Source: Candidatus Saccharimonadia bacterium (GTDB taxonomy: Bacteria > Patescibacteriota > Saccharimonadia > UBA4664 > JBIOIQ01). From it: a stretch of DNA of 64,000 nucleotides. Within the stretch, counting starts at the first letter, position 1. The number at the start of each line of letters is the position of its first letter. The DNA lies in contig JBIOIQ010000001.1 of NCBI GenBank assembly GCA_044449985.1, forward strand, positions 280 to 64,279. Direction: 5' to 3'. The translations under genes and the position numbers were made by a program. A model generated the notes under the pieces. The model saw nothing but the letters and a program-made list of their open reading frames with translations, was not told the DNA's origin and ran no database searches. Below, in pieces: positions 1 to 10,273 of the stretch.

Positions 1-600
1 CGTCGTATACCCTTTGGCACTTAAAACACGTCCGAGCTCATGAAATATTTCAACGCATGTCTCGAGTTGTTTGGGAAAATCAGCCCCAGAAGGTACGATC
101 ATAAATTCTTGAATGTCGGTTGAACCGGCGGCATGGCGACCACCATTAATAATATTGCACATTGGTCTAGGGAGATTAAATTCGGAATTGCCGGCAAGTT
201 CTCCAATATATCGATAGAGGGGCAACTGCTTTGCCACAGCTACCGCTTTGGCAGCCGCTAGTGATACCCCGAGAATGGCATTTGCACCAAGACGCGCCTT
301 ATTGGGCGTACCATCAAGCTCTATTAAGGCGTTATCAAGCTCAAATTGCTTAGTTGCATCAAATCCCATTAACTTAGGAGCGATAATATCCTTAATCCCT
401 GCCAGCGCCTTGTTAACACCCTTGCCATCGTAAGCGGTCCCATCATCACGAAGCTCTAAGGCTTCTTGTTTACCAGTGGAGGCCCCTGAGGGGACTGAGG
501 CCCGTCCCATCGAACCGTCTGTTAGCATAAGCTCGACTTCAACGGTTGGATTACCGCGAGAATCCAGAATCATCCGCGATATGAGTTTTTTAATATCCAT
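1..600 (-). CDS. eno: Enolase (phosphopyruvate hydratase), 5' portion; gene runs off the window start
   Basis: The minus-strand translation begins [24 protein letters not shown]...[14 protein letters not shown], the canonical enolase N-terminus. The ATG is at complement 598-600 with a GAGGA motif upstream. There is no stop codon before position 1. Confidence 0.9.
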   Translation of the reverse strand, partial: MDIKKLISRMILDSRGNPTVEVELMLTDGSMGRASVPSGASTGKQEALELRDDGTAYDGKGVNKALAGIKDIIAPKLMGFDATKQFELDNALIELDGTPNKARLGANAILGVSLAAAKAVAVAKQLPLYRYIGELAGNSEFNLPRPMCNIINGGRHAAGSTDIQEFMIVPSGADFPKQLETCVEIFHELGRVLSAKGYTT

Positions 601-638
601 ATGGTTGTTTCATCCTCAATTAATGCCATAATACATAC

Positions 639-1643
639 ATGGAAAAACTATGCTTCTATGATGTATCACCGGTCGACCAAACACAACTACAGCAACATTT
701 AAATAACCTCCCAGCCACATTTAGCTCCGAGCACTTGTCGGTTGAAAATGCCGATCCAGAGGCGACGGTCTTATCCGTCTTTGTATCTTCAAAAGTGACC
801 GCCGAGATGATTACTAAGATGCCGAAACTTAAGCTCATTGCCTGCCGTTCAACGGGTGTCGATAATATTGATATCGCCGCGGCCAAATCTCGTCATATCG
901 CGATTGCCAGCGTACCGACCTACGGCGAACATACGGTTGCCGAATATACGTTTGCACTTCTACTGACTTTATCGCGTAAAATTATCGCGGCCGAGCTCGC
1001 ACTACGAGATGGCCAAACTGATCATTCGAACCTACAGGGTTTTGATTTATTCGGACGCACGTTCGGCCTACTCGGAGCCGGAAAGATTGGCCGCAATGTC
1101 GCCATACTAGCTCGAGCTTTTGGTATGAACGTGATAGCTTATGATCCTTTTCCCAATAATGATGCCGCTGCCCAAATCGGCTACACTTATTCAACACTCG
1201 ATGAAGTCTTAAAGTCTTCTGATGTCATCAGCATGCATGTACCATACTTGCCCGAAAATGATCACCTCATGAACGAGCAAAGGTTTGCGCTGATGAAGCC
1301 AACCGCAATTCTTCTTAATACTTCAAGGGGCGAAGTGGTCGACACCAAAGCCCTCATCTCAGCCCTGAAAGATCATCGACTGGGCGGAGCCGCACTCGAT
1401 GTCTTCGAAGGTGAGAAACTCGTAGGTATCGATGAAGAAATGTTTCAACTTCGAGCCCAGCAAGTCGATACTATGGCCCTGGAAGCCGACATTGAGCTCA
1501 GTATCCTGCAGAAACTACCGAATGTTCTAATGACCAATCATAACGCCTATAACACTGTCGAAGCGGTGGGTCGGATCAATCAAACATCGGTTGAGAATAT
1601 AACGAAGTTTTTGGCGTCGGAGCCTCAAAACTTAATTCCATGA
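639..1643 (+). CDS. D-isomer-specific 2-hydroxyacid dehydrogenase family (D-lactate/phosphoglycerate dehydrogenase-like), NAD-binding
   Basis: 334 aa with a Rossmann GxGxxG motif (GLLGAGKIGRNVA) and the typical catalytic-domain layout. It overlaps gpmA by 4 nt, consistent with an operon. Confidence 0.8.
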   Translation: MEKLCFYDVSPVDQTQLQQHLNNLPATFSSEHLSVENADPEATVLSVFVSSKVTAEMITKMPKLKLIACRSTGVDNIDIAAAKSRHIAIASVPTYGEHTVAEYTFALLLTLSRKIIAAELALRDGQTDHSNLQGFDLFGRTFGLLGAGKIGRNVAILARAFGMNVIAYDPFPNNDAAAQIGYTYSTLDEVLKSSDVISMHVPYLPENDHLMNEQRFALMKPTAILLNTSRGEVVDTKALISALKDHRLGGAALDVFEGEKLVGIDEEMFQLRAQQVDTMALEADIELSILQKLPNVLMTNHNAYNTVEAVGRINQTSVENITKFLASEPQNLIP

Positions 1644-2281
1644 GCCAGTCCGGCCTACTGGTAATACTTAGACACGGCGAATCAGAGTGGAACGCAAGGG
1701 GAGTTTGGACTGGGCTAACAGATGTACACCTGACCGAAAATGGACGGGCAGAAGCCGTCCAAATGGGAGAAATGATCAAAGATCTCCACTTCGATCAGGC
1801 TTTTGCCAGCGAACAAATCCGGACGCATGAGACCCTCGACGGAGTGTTATCGGCCATCCACGAGACAACCCTAGCCAGAACTTATGCAAAAGCTTTTAAC
1901 GAACGTGATTACGGCATTTATACCGGAAAAAATAAGTGGGAGGTTGAACAAGCGATCGGTCACGACAAATTTATTGCGTTGCGCCGGGGTTGGAACTATC
2001 CGGTCGAGCATGGTGAAAGTTTAAGGGAGGTTTACGCTCGTACCATTCCTTATTATAAATCTCATGTGGTACCACTGCTCTTAAGCGGTAAAAACGTCCT
2101 GATAGTAGCGCATGGAAATTCAATCCGTTCGTTGCAAAAATATATTGAAAATATTGATAACGCTGCAATTGCTCAAGTTGAGATGATATTCGGATCCGCC
2201 CTTATCTATACGGTTGATAAGACTGGCAGACAAAAATCGAAAAACGTCCGTAAAATTGACGTTATCCCCCCGCCCGCCTAA
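1640..2281 (+). CDS. gpmA: 2,3-bisphosphoglycerate-dependent phosphoglycerate mutase (histidine phosphatase superfamily)
   Basis: Carries the N-terminal catalytic His motif LVILRHGESEWN and HGNSIR near the C-terminus. Confidence 0.85.
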   Translation: MSQSGLLVILRHGESEWNARGVWTGLTDVHLTENGRAEAVQMGEMIKDLHFDQAFASEQIRTHETLDGVLSAIHETTLARTYAKAFNERDYGIYTGKNKWEVEQAIGHDKFIALRRGWNYPVEHGESLREVYARTIPYYKSHVVPLLLSGKNVLIVAHGNSIRSLQKYIENIDNAAIAQVEMIFGSALIYTVDKTGRQKSKNVRKIDVIPPPA

Positions 2282-2283
2282 AT

Positions 2284-3282
2284 TTAGCGTGAGAGTGGTA
2301 GTTCAAGCGTAAAGCTCGAACCATGACCAATTGCCGAAGAAACCCGAATAATTCCACCATGATTTTCGGCAATCTTTTTAGCAATTGAGAGGCCCAGCCC
2401 ATAGCCATCGGCCTTATTTTTTGAACGTGAAGTATCTGAGCGATAGAAGCGATCGAAGATATGTTCAATATCAGTTTCAGCAATGCCTTTTCCTTGATCG
2501 CTCACGCGTAATTTTGCATGGTTATTTGAGCTTGAGACGCTCAGAGATATCGGGCTTTTTTCTTCGGAATACTTGCTGGCATTATCGAGCAGAATTACTG
2601 CGAGCTCAACTAAGCTGGCATAGTCCCCTCGCACCGAAACTTCTGAAAGTGTCGATTCAATTTCTTGATGGCGAGCAGAAACGACTTTTTTGAGCCGACT
2701 AACCGCCTCTGCGGCGACTCTATCTAGTGAAACATCACTATCATAGGAAACTTCTTTATCTTGACTGGCCAGTTTTAATAATCCGTTTGCCAGAGCCTCA
2801 AGTTTTGAGATTTCTTCGAGATTACTGACGAGTAAATCCCTGGCCTCGGCAATCGGTAATTTTGAAGACCGGAGTGCTACTTCGATTTCGGTTTTCATAG
2901 CTGTGAGTGGAGTTCTTAACTCATGGGAAGCATCAGCCGTAAACCTGCTCTGCGCATCGAGGGCTTCTTCGAGCGGCTCCAGGGTTTTATCGGCCATTAA
3001 ATAACTGCCGTAGCCAGCAATAACTAAAATGGCTAGATTTACGAGCAACAAATCAAATTGCAACTCATGGCGAGCCGCCGCAGCTTGAGAATCCGGCGAA
3101 AGATTAAAATTGGGATCAAAATCATAGCGCGGTAAATTTTCAAAATAGGTAGCCTGCCGACGCAAGCTCCCTGAGATAGAGCGAGAAGATAAGCTATAGA
3201 TGGCTAAGCTAAATAACAAACTAATCGCCATAATTACGGCGAGATAGAAAAATGTTAAGCGAATTCTTGCTGAATGAAACAT
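2284..3282 (-). CDS. Sensor histidine kinase (two TM helices, HisKA + HATPase_c)
   Basis: Has the H-box ASHELRTPLT and a G-box GYGLGLSIAKKIAENHGG, plus an N-terminal TM segment. It sits immediately downstream of an OmpR-type regulator. Confidence 0.85.
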   Translation of the reverse strand: MFHSARIRLTFFYLAVIMAISLLFSLAIYSLSSRSISGSLRRQATYFENLPRYDFDPNFNLSPDSQAAAARHELQFDLLLVNLAILVIAGYGSYLMADKTLEPLEEALDAQSRFTADASHELRTPLTAMKTEIEVALRSSKLPIAEARDLLVSNLEEISKLEALANGLLKLASQDKEVSYDSDVSLDRVAAEAVSRLKKVVSARHQEIESTLSEVSVRGDYASLVELAVILLDNASKYSEEKSPISLSVSSSNNHAKLRVSDQGKGIAETDIEHIFDRFYRSDTSRSKNKADGYGLGLSIAKKIAENHGGIIRVSSAIGHGSSFTLELPLSR

Positions 3283-3287
3283 GGCTT

Positions 3288-3983
3288 TTAAGCTACACCG
3301 AGTTTGTAACCAAATCCCCGCATGGTATGAATTAAATTCGGCCCCTTGAATGGTTTATCAATCTTATTGCGCAGATATCCAATATATACTTCAACAGTAT
3401 TAGGAAGTATGTCAGCGTCATAATCCCAAACATGACCAATGATATTGTTTTTGGTGAGCGTTTGGTTCTGGTTTCTGAGCATGTACTCGAGTAGTGCATA
3501 TTCTTTATGAGAAAGCGCAATGTTCTGACCCGCCCGTTTGACATCAAAATTTAGTGTATCAAGTGTTAAATCATCACAAGTTAGTGTGCTTCCGGTAGTG
3601 TCTTGAGGCCGACGCAGCAGCGCGCGCGTGCGAGCAAGTAATTCCTCAAACGCAAAAGGCTTCACCAAATAGTCATCAGCACCAGCGTTTAAACCTTCAA
3701 CTCGGTCTTTAATCTGATCTTTTGCAGTCAGCATCAGGACCGGAGTATGGATCTGATTTGCTCGCATTTCTTTGACGATATCAATGCCCTCAATCATTCC
3801 GGGCAGCATTCGATCAAGTATGACGGCGTCATAGCTTTCGGTAGTTGCCATACTGACGCCTTCTTCGGCATCAAAACAAACATCAACTGCGAAAGACTCC
3901 TGCTCAAGTCCGCGTTTGATGGCGCTGGCAATTTTGTGTTCATCTTCAACTACAAGTACTCTCATATGCTTATTGTAGCGCAA
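3288..3983 (-). CDS. OmpR-family DNA-binding response regulator
   Basis: A receiver domain (MRVLVVEDE..D..K) followed by a winged-helix C-terminus (LT.KEYALLEYL..N). The true start is probably the internal Met at about 3965. Confidence 0.9.
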   Translation of the reverse strand: MRYNKHMRVLVVEDEHKIASAIKRGLEQESFAVDVCFDAEEGVSMATTESYDAVILDRMLPGMIEGIDIVKEMRANQIHTPVLMLTAKDQIKDRVEGLNAGADDYLVKPFAFEELLARTRALLRRPQDTTGSTLTCDDLTLDTLNFDVKRAGQNIALSHKEYALLEYMLRNQNQTLTKNNIIGHVWDYDADILPNTVEVYIGYLRNKIDKPFKGPNLIHTMRGFGYKLGVA

Positions 3984-4216
3984 CTTGCTTAATATTAGCT
4001 GAAAAGATAATGATACTAGAACGCATTCTTTCGGAGGGCTTTAGTGTCCTAGTGCTGTGACAAATACGTATAAACCGGCCAGAATCGCAAACAGCCAGAC
4101 CCCCCAACGATAATCTTTATCTGGATTATGGCGCAATTTATGGATTATGCGCTCAATGACAGAAAGCACCCCAAGTACGATTAGAAAGACTACCAGCGCA
4201 GAAATTATGGCTGACC

Positions 4217-4672
4217 TCAAGGGGTTTTCCCCTTATCGCCTCCGAGTCCTAGTTTTTCATTGATCTTTTCTTCAACGTCGTGTGGTGTCAGCTCAGCTTT
4301 GACCAAATACTCGGCCCCATAGCCCTCTGCCTGCTTTCTCAGTTCTGCATCAGAAGAGTTTGTCAGTACAATCACCGGTGAAGTTGAAAAATCATAACCG
4401 TCATTCGATAACGTTGCGAGTACTTCAAGTCCGGTAAGTTCTGGCATAGAGATATCGAGCATCATGAGATCCGGATGGACTTCTTTGATTGCCTGGTAGG
4501 CGTCTCGGCCATTGGTTTTAATGATGATATTAAAACCGGAGTTGGTCAGCTTAGTCTGATACATACGGGATATAAACGGATCATCTTCAGCCAGCAAGAT
4601 GGTTTTTCCATTGGACGGAAGTTGCGTCTCGATCGGAGTTTGTTCGTCTGGATTTGTAATACGCGTCATCAC
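4217..4672 (-). CDS. Single-domain (CheY-like) response regulator receiver protein
   Basis: 151 aa with ILLAEDDPFISRMY...D...LTNS..K receiver motifs and no output domain. It lies downstream of the large sensor kinase. Confidence 0.8.
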   Translation of the reverse strand: MMTRITNPDEQTPIETQLPSNGKTILLAEDDPFISRMYQTKLTNSGFNIIIKTNGRDAYQAIKEVHPDLMMLDISMPELTGLEVLATLSNDGYDFSTSPVIVLTNSSDAELRKQAEGYGAEYLVKAELTPHDVEEKINEKLGLGGDKGKTP

Positions 4673-4678
4673 CTTCTC

Positions 4679-6784
4679 CTATTTTAACGGCATTGAGAAA
4701 CCGAACATGCTTCCTTGTCCTTCGGCTGATTCAAATAATATTGTACCACCCTGATCTTCAATTACCCTTTTTGCTAGGTATAATCCGAGTCCGGTACCGT
4801 CTGGACGGGCAATCTGGGCATTCTCAGCTCGAAAGAATTTCGTAAACAATTTCTTTTTGGCAGCTTCGGGTACGCCGATTCCGGTATCACGAACTCGAAG
4901 TTCAATGGCAGTCGGGGTTGCTTCTAGGGTAACATAGACTCCGCCGGATTTGGTGTAATAGATTCCGTTATCGATAAAATTCATAATTACTTGTCTGGTT
5001 TTGCCTTCGTCAAGATTAATAGTCGGGAATTTACCGGTCGGAGGATTAAATTTAAGTTCGAGTGATTTTGCGCTTGCATGAGAAGCAAGTTGTCTGACTT
5101 CATCAGCTGTAACTGCGACCAGATTAGTCGGCACTTTCTCAATGACAAATCGCCCGGCTGAAAGTCTAGACACATTTAACAGATCCGAGATAAGCGAAAC
5201 CATTCGTTCGGCACCGTCAAAGGCATAATCCAGAAATTCTTTTTGTTCGGTATTTATTTCACCCGAATCACCCTCAAGGATCATCGATAAATATCCTTTA
5301 ATAGTAGTAAGAGGGGTACGAAGCTGATGCGAGGCCATGGAAAGAAACTCGTCTTTGGCTTTATCAAGGGCTTTTAAGTTATGATTGGCAACTCGAAGCC
5401 GGGCAGTAGCTTCATCGACTTTATTTTGGAGCGTGACGTTAAACTGCGCGATTTGGCTATAAGCTTTGGCATTGCTAATTGCAATCGATAATTCACGACC
5501 TAAAATTTCGAGCAGTCGCAGGTCTTGATCAGAATATATTTCTCCACTCAATTTATCACCCAAGAATAAGTAGCCGACAAATTCATCCCGAGTCCGCAGC
5601 ATTAAACTTACTCTAATATCATTGTCGTCGAGTATTTGTTTACGATCACCACTTTCGAGCTCATCCGATACCAGCATTGTCTGACGAAGTTTTCGCAAGT
5701 TCTGATCGGTAATTTCCTGCTTTGGAGAATTTCCGATATGAGACGTCTGATATATTCTACCTCCATCAAAAATGATGAAACGTCCACTCCCGATATGAAG
5801 ATTAGTAGTAATTTCGCGTAGCGCATCACGTAGCAAGCTATCGAGGCGAATTTGTTCGGCGAGAGTTTTCCCAATTGCCGCCAAAACTTCCTGCGAATCA
5901 TACCGATCGCGATAGAATATTGTATCGGTAATTTTCTCAAAGAACCTCCTTAAAGGCTGGAAGATAAAAGCCAGGATAATCGCAAGAATAATATTAAAGA
6001 ATTGACTAGAGGACGAGAGTGTTTGCTGATGAAAGATGAGATTCGAGACAGCATATGAGGCAATTCCGAACGAAAGAGCTAAAGTCACCAGTAGGAGAAG
6101 ATACGCCACCGATCTTGCAACAACCAAGCGAATATTTAAAAGTCGATGTTTCACAATCGCAATGGTGCAGAAAACTGTGAAGATAACGACGGTAATCGGT
6201 CCAAAGGCCGAGAGAGCCGTATTAACATAAATAACGTCAAAAAATAGCGCTGGAATAAAAGAACAAATCATCCCGGCAAAAATATAAATGAGCTGTTGGC
6301 GCTGGAGAACATCCGAATCACGATAAGACCGCCATAAGAAATATGACCCTAGAATAAAGTACGCTAGTAGGTAGCCGGATAGGGCGATATAGGCGGGTCC
6401 GGTAGTAAGTCCGCTGCCTCCGGGACCAACTGAAACAATATTCAAATTTGTTTGCGATAAGGCGATTAACCCCAACCAAGGAATGCCCAACCAAAAATAT
6501 CTGAAGAAACTGATCTTTTGATTTCCAGGAAATGCCAAACTAAACAAAACGAAGGCATAGGCAATACCGGATCCAGGGATCATGGTAAAGCGGCTCCAAA
6601 ACAGCGCCGCGTCGGCCGTCTTCGATATATTTACCAGCATATTGGCCACTAACCAAACAAGGCCATTTAAGGTCAAGAATGCGAACAATCGATTTGGTGA
6701 GAGACCGCGGTTGCTAATAAAGACTGTTAGCCCCAAGAAGAATAACAATACTCCACAAGCACCAAGCACATAGGTTGAAAGCAT
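4679..6784 (-). CDS. Multi-TM sensor histidine kinase with GAF domain, HisKA and HATPase_c (7TMR-type N-terminus)
   Basis: 701 aa with about 7 N-terminal TM helices, the H-box SMASHQLRTPLTTIKGY and G-box GTGLGLYLAKRVIEDQGG. It is a paralog of the CDS at 43251-45404. Confidence 0.85.
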   Translation of the reverse strand: MLSTYVLGACGVLLFFLGLTVFISNRGLSPNRLFAFLTLNGLVWLVANMLVNISKTADAALFWSRFTMIPGSGIAYAFVLFSLAFPGNQKISFFRYFWLGIPWLGLIALSQTNLNIVSVGPGGSGLTTGPAYIALSGYLLAYFILGSYFLWRSYRDSDVLQRQQLIYIFAGMICSFIPALFFDVIYVNTALSAFGPITVVIFTVFCTIAIVKHRLLNIRLVVARSVAYLLLLVTLALSFGIASYAVSNLIFHQQTLSSSSQFFNIILAIILAFIFQPLRRFFEKITDTIFYRDRYDSQEVLAAIGKTLAEQIRLDSLLRDALREITTNLHIGSGRFIIFDGGRIYQTSHIGNSPKQEITDQNLRKLRQTMLVSDELESGDRKQILDDNDIRVSLMLRTRDEFVGYLFLGDKLSGEIYSDQDLRLLEILGRELSIAISNAKAYSQIAQFNVTLQNKVDEATARLRVANHNLKALDKAKDEFLSMASHQLRTPLTTIKGYLSMILEGDSGEINTEQKEFLDYAFDGAERMVSLISDLLNVSRLSAGRFVIEKVPTNLVAVTADEVRQLASHASAKSLELKFNPPTGKFPTINLDEGKTRQVIMNFIDNGIYYTKSGGVYVTLEATPTAIELRVRDTGIGVPEAAKKKLFTKFFRAENAQIARPDGTGLGLYLAKRVIEDQGGTILFESAEGQGSMFGFSMPLK

Positions 6785-6868
6785 AACTATAATGATTGTA
6801 GCTTATACGTTATAAAAAGACACTGCCCTGGCCCCTATTCGGGGCCAGGGCAATTTGGGGACCAGCAA

Positions 6869-7507
6869 TCAGCCAGTCGGTTGGGGGTAGCCGGGATCAT
6901 TAATCGGATGGCGAACGAACCACTGCAGATAGTCCAGTCGACCTGATTCGATCAGATATCTTTCCTGATCGACAAAGTCGAGGACGTAGGGAGCGACCAG
7001 AGAATTGACTTCTCCCTCGTAGAGCTGGGGAGGACCAACAATCTTGTAGCGATAGTGGTAAAAGGCGTTCATCGCCTCAACTCGGTCAGGCTCCATGATG
7101 ATGCCGAAATACTTCCGCCCACGGAGTTTGGCATCGCGGTAAGCAACGCGCACCAGATCAACGAAAATTCCCAGTCCGCGTCCAGACTCTTCGACAGCCA
7201 CCGTGGCAAACTCATCAAGCAGGCCACCTCGAGCGAGCATCGCCCACTTTTCCCGGTCGTAAATTACGACACCTTCTCCCAAGAACGGTGGAAGGTGAAG
7301 TCCGCTGGAGATGATTCTGGTCATGCCCTCGCACGTGCCATCTGGCCCGAATGCGCCGAAAAAATGGGAATCGGGTATCTGCTCAGCGTACTTCTCGGCA
7401 ACGTCGAGAAATTCATTCTTCCGAAACTCGATCGCTTCTCGAGCGAGCGCCAGTTGGATTTCCCCCGGTTCAGTTAACTTTCTTATTGCGCAAGCGTGCA
7501 TGCACAC
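6869..7507 (-). CDS. GNAT-fold N-acyltransferase (Acetyltransf_5 / OlsB- or FeeM-like N-acyl amino acid synthase family), putative
   Basis: 212 aa. The composition and motifs (FGAF..DG...G..R...SG, VAVEES.RG) resemble lipid N-acyltransferases. It overlaps the upstream membrane protein gene by 38 nt, suggesting an operon. Confidence 0.45.
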   Translation of the reverse strand: MCMHACAIRKLTEPGEIQLALAREAIEFRKNEFLDVAEKYAEQIPDSHFFGAFGPDGTCEGMTRIISSGLHLPPFLGEGVVIYDREKWAMLARGGLLDEFATVAVEESGRGLGIFVDLVRVAYRDAKLRGRKYFGIIMEPDRVEAMNAFYHYRYKIVGPPQLYEGEVNSLVAPYVLDFVDQERYLIESGRLDYLQWFVRHPINDPGYPQPTG

Positions 7508-8195
7508 TCCTTTTTGATTTGAAGTGGAGAGGTTTTAGGCCATTGCCATAGACTCTTTGATCACGCGCTAGGTTCCGGCGCTTAAGTCCGACGACAAAGC
7601 CGACTAGCACTAGCACCGCTGCCACCCAAAGGATGACAGCTCGCCATGCTGGGGTAAAGATACCCAGGTAGATCGCGTTCCAGGAAGCGGCGAACACAAA
7701 CGCCGAGATCCAGGCCAGGACTTTGACTCTGGGATCATGCTTACGCGCGTAATACCAAGCGACTCCAAGAGATCCGCCGATAATACTGGCCGCAATAAAC
7801 ACTGGCCAGTTTTCGCCGGAGAGAATCTTTATCCCGGCCCGGGTTCGAAAATCTCGATCTTCTGGGATATCGGCTCCGCTTTCAAAGCGTCGGATAACCG
7901 GCCAAGCAGCTAACAAATAGCCGCCAACACCCAGCAGCAAGAGCGCAATTGGCCACTGCAAATTTACCAGCCAATGCGTTCCGTGCCGTGTTGCGAGATG
8001 GTGTAGAAGTTCATCTGAGCCTTTGACCACCCCGATGGTGAGCGCTTCCAAAAAAGCCGCATATATCACGGTCAGAGTAAAGATTTCGACGTCAGCCTTG
8101 GAGGCTTGTCGTTTCAGAACGAAATAGATGAGGACGAGTCCACCCCAGGCCGCAACCCAGAGCGTGCTCATCAGTCGATAATCGAGATGATTCAC
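7470..8195 (-). CDS. Polytopic integral membrane protein, function unknown
   Basis: 241 aa with about 6 predicted TM helices. It is co-transcribed with the GNAT-like gene. Confidence 0.5.
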   Translation of the reverse strand: MNHLDYRLMSTLWVAAWGGLVLIYFVLKRQASKADVEIFTLTVIYAAFLEALTIGVVKGSDELLHHLATRHGTHWLVNLQWPIALLLLGVGGYLLAAWPVIRRFESGADIPEDRDFRTRAGIKILSGENWPVFIAASIIGGSLGVAWYYARKHDPRVKVLAWISAFVFAASWNAIYLGIFTPAWRAVILWVAAVLVLVGFVVGLKRRNLARDQRVYGNGLKPLHFKSKRSVHARLRNKKVN

Positions 8196-8293
8196 GGTTA
8201 ACTCCCTGAGTCGGAAACACTATGTGAAGGAACTCCAAAAAGACGTATTAAATTAAACTACTTTTCGTACTAATTGTCAATAATTTACTCCGA

Positions 8294-8329
8294 CAAAAAA
8301 TAAGCGGGGAGCCAAAATGGCTCCCCGCT
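8294..8329 (-). terminator. Rho-independent terminator after the MacB-type ABC operon (minus strand)
   Basis: A perfect 11-bp stem (AGCGGGGAGCC / GGCUCCCCGCU) with a 5-nt loop at 8303-8329. On the minus-strand RNA it is followed by UAUUUUUUG, 9 nt past the ATPase stop. Confidence 0.7.
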
Positions 8330-8337
8330 GGTACGCG

Positions 8338-9048
8338 TTAGACGTAGGAAATTTGCGGGCTACCTGAAACAGTTGGCTCGATGATCCCGTCCTTGATGCG
8401 AACGATAACCTGGGCATATTGCCTGGCCAACGTTTCGTCGTGAGTAACAAGTAGCATCGAGCAGTCCGGTGGCCGGGCTTTGCTCAACTGATGCATGATC
8501 AGATTGGCAGTCGCACTATCAAGAGCCGAGGTCGGCTCGTCTGCAAAGATCAGCTTTGGGTGCTTCGCTAGCGCCCGGGCAATTGCTACCCGCTGTTTTT
8601 CTCCACCTGAAAGTTCGTTTGGGACTCGGTGCCAAAGGTCCGGTCCAATTCCCAAGCTGGCTAGTTGCGCACAGGCCTGGGCTTTGGTAAAACTTCGTAA
8701 ACCCAAACGGCGCATAGTGACGTAAACGTTTTCCCAAACGTTTAAGGAAGGGTCGAGGATCGGGAACTGCGTGACTACCCCGAACAATTTTCTTCGATAC
8801 ATCCGTCTGATCTTCAGATCTTGGCGAGGGATAAATTTACCCTCGACCGTAATCGTTCCACCATGGGGCCGATCGAGCAATGCAGCGATGGCAAGCAGGG
8901 TAGATTTCCCTGAACCTGAGGGTCCGAGTAGCGCTACTGTTGTGCCACTAGGGATATCCAGGGATACCCCGGAAAGCACTTCGTTTTCGTTTCTTTGGCC
9001 CGGGTTGTAGCGGTAGACAATGTTGGCAAGTGAAACCAGTACGGACAC
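8338..9048 (-). CDS. ABC transporter ATP-binding protein (MacB/LolD-type)
   Basis: Walker A (GPSGSGKST), ABC signature (LSGGEKQRVAIARAL) and Walker B (LIFADEPT). Confidence 0.9.
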   Translation of the reverse strand: MSVLVSLANIVYRYNPGQRNENEVLSGVSLDIPSGTTVALLGPSGSGKSTLLAIAALLDRPHGGTITVEGKFIPRQDLKIRRMYRRKLFGVVTQFPILDPSLNVWENVYVTMRRLGLRSFTKAQACAQLASLGIGPDLWHRVPNELSGGEKQRVAIARALAKHPKLIFADEPTSALDSATANLIMHQLSKARPPDCSMLLVTHDETLARQYAQVIVRIKDGIIEPTVSGSPQISYV

Positions 9049-9050
9049 GA

Positions 9051-10196
9051 CTAGGCCTCTCTCAAAATGGTTGCCGGATCGGTGCGGTACATCGAAACCG
9101 CACTTGGAATCAGTGCGAGCGTTGCCATTAATGCAACAAGCGGGATCGCCTGGTAAAAGATCCGCGCGGTCAGTTCCGCGTCCAGCCCGGGAGTTAAATG
9201 GTTGATACTACCTATCCAGGCGTAGCTGCCGAGTATTGCCAGCAAAAAACCAACCCCACAGAGCACTAAAGTGCGGGCGTATTCTTCGCAAATCAAACGC
9301 CACGGCGAGACACCTAAAGCGCTTTGCATAGCTAAAGTCCGACGCTGCATCCAAGCAGCGAACAGAAGTACTACAAACAGGACCAGACCACCGAGCAGGG
9401 CCGAACTTATGACGGTCTGGTTTTGAACCGGTCCGATTTGTTTGTACCAGTAGTTGTGGTTCTGGGCAACGAACTGCTTGGTTGTCCAAGCTGAAACTCC
9501 GAACCCACTAACAAGACTGCTCACCAGTTCGGGATTTGCGGTTTTGATCAGGGCGTGAGTAAAAATGCCCCCCTGGCCCAGGTACTTGAGCGCATCCGCC
9601 GTTGTCATGAAGACCAACTGCTTACCGATGGATGAGGTTCCGTTTGAAAAACCTACCACTCGGAAACTGCCAGTGCCAAGGGAAATGACGCTTCCCAGAT
9701 GAAGTTTGAGTTCACTTGCGAGGCTCCTATCAACCACAACTTGACCGTTGTCGGAAATCGGATGGCTTTTGGAAGTAAGACTCCATGGGCCACCAAATCC
9801 TGAGCTTGGGTCATAGGACTGAATCGTAATGCTATCCGGTCCAAGACTACTAAAGCTAAGGATCGTTCCCTGAACTTTCTCCACATTGGGAAGGTTTGCA
9901 ATTTTTTGGACCTCGGCCGGCGTGACTGTCGAATACGAAACGTAATCTCGCACCCCTTTTAAGGTTACGAAAACGTCCGCACCAGAACGACGGATCCAGT
10001 TTTGAGGCTTGTTGATGGTCGAATCTCGGACCGCTGCAGCTTGCAGTATCAAAATGACTACTGCCTGCAAAACGATCAGTATCATCGCCGAACGAAAAGC
10101 TTCTCGCCAATAACGAGCGAGATAGCCACCAATTCTTGAGATGGGCACTTTTACCGCTCCTTTGTCGAAGATCGTCTCCCGGAATTCTACCTCCAA
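9051..10196 (-). CDS. ABC transporter permease, FtsX/MacB-like, with large extracytoplasmic domain
   Basis: 381 aa with an N-terminal TM helix, a large loop and a C-terminal 3-TM FtsX-type bundle. It lies 2 nt upstream of the ATPase. Confidence 0.85.
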   Translation of the reverse strand: MEVEFRETIFDKGAVKVPISRIGGYLARYWREAFRSAMILIVLQAVVILILQAAAVRDSTINKPQNWIRRSGADVFVTLKGVRDYVSYSTVTPAEVQKIANLPNVEKVQGTILSFSSLGPDSITIQSYDPSSGFGGPWSLTSKSHPISDNGQVVVDRSLASELKLHLGSVISLGTGSFRVVGFSNGTSSIGKQLVFMTTADALKYLGQGGIFTHALIKTANPELVSSLVSGFGVSAWTTKQFVAQNHNYWYKQIGPVQNQTVISSALLGGLVLFVVLLFAAWMQRRTLAMQSALGVSPWRLICEEYARTLVLCGVGFLLAILGSYAWIGSINHLTPGLDAELTARIFYQAIPLVALMATLALIPSAVSMYRTDPATILREA

Positions 10197-10273
10197 AAGA
10201 TCCTAGTTGTTATAACATAAAAAGTGAAAATATTCTAGACTTTTGAATTGAGTTCGTTTATAATCCTCATGTT

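Noticed and set aside
248-433. 61-aa plus-strand ORF
   Set aside because: It lies entirely inside the enolase gene on the opposite strand and is Ala/Ser-rich. It is antisense noise.
2385-2693. 102-aa plus-strand ORF
   Set aside because: It lies inside the histidine kinase gene on the opposite strand.
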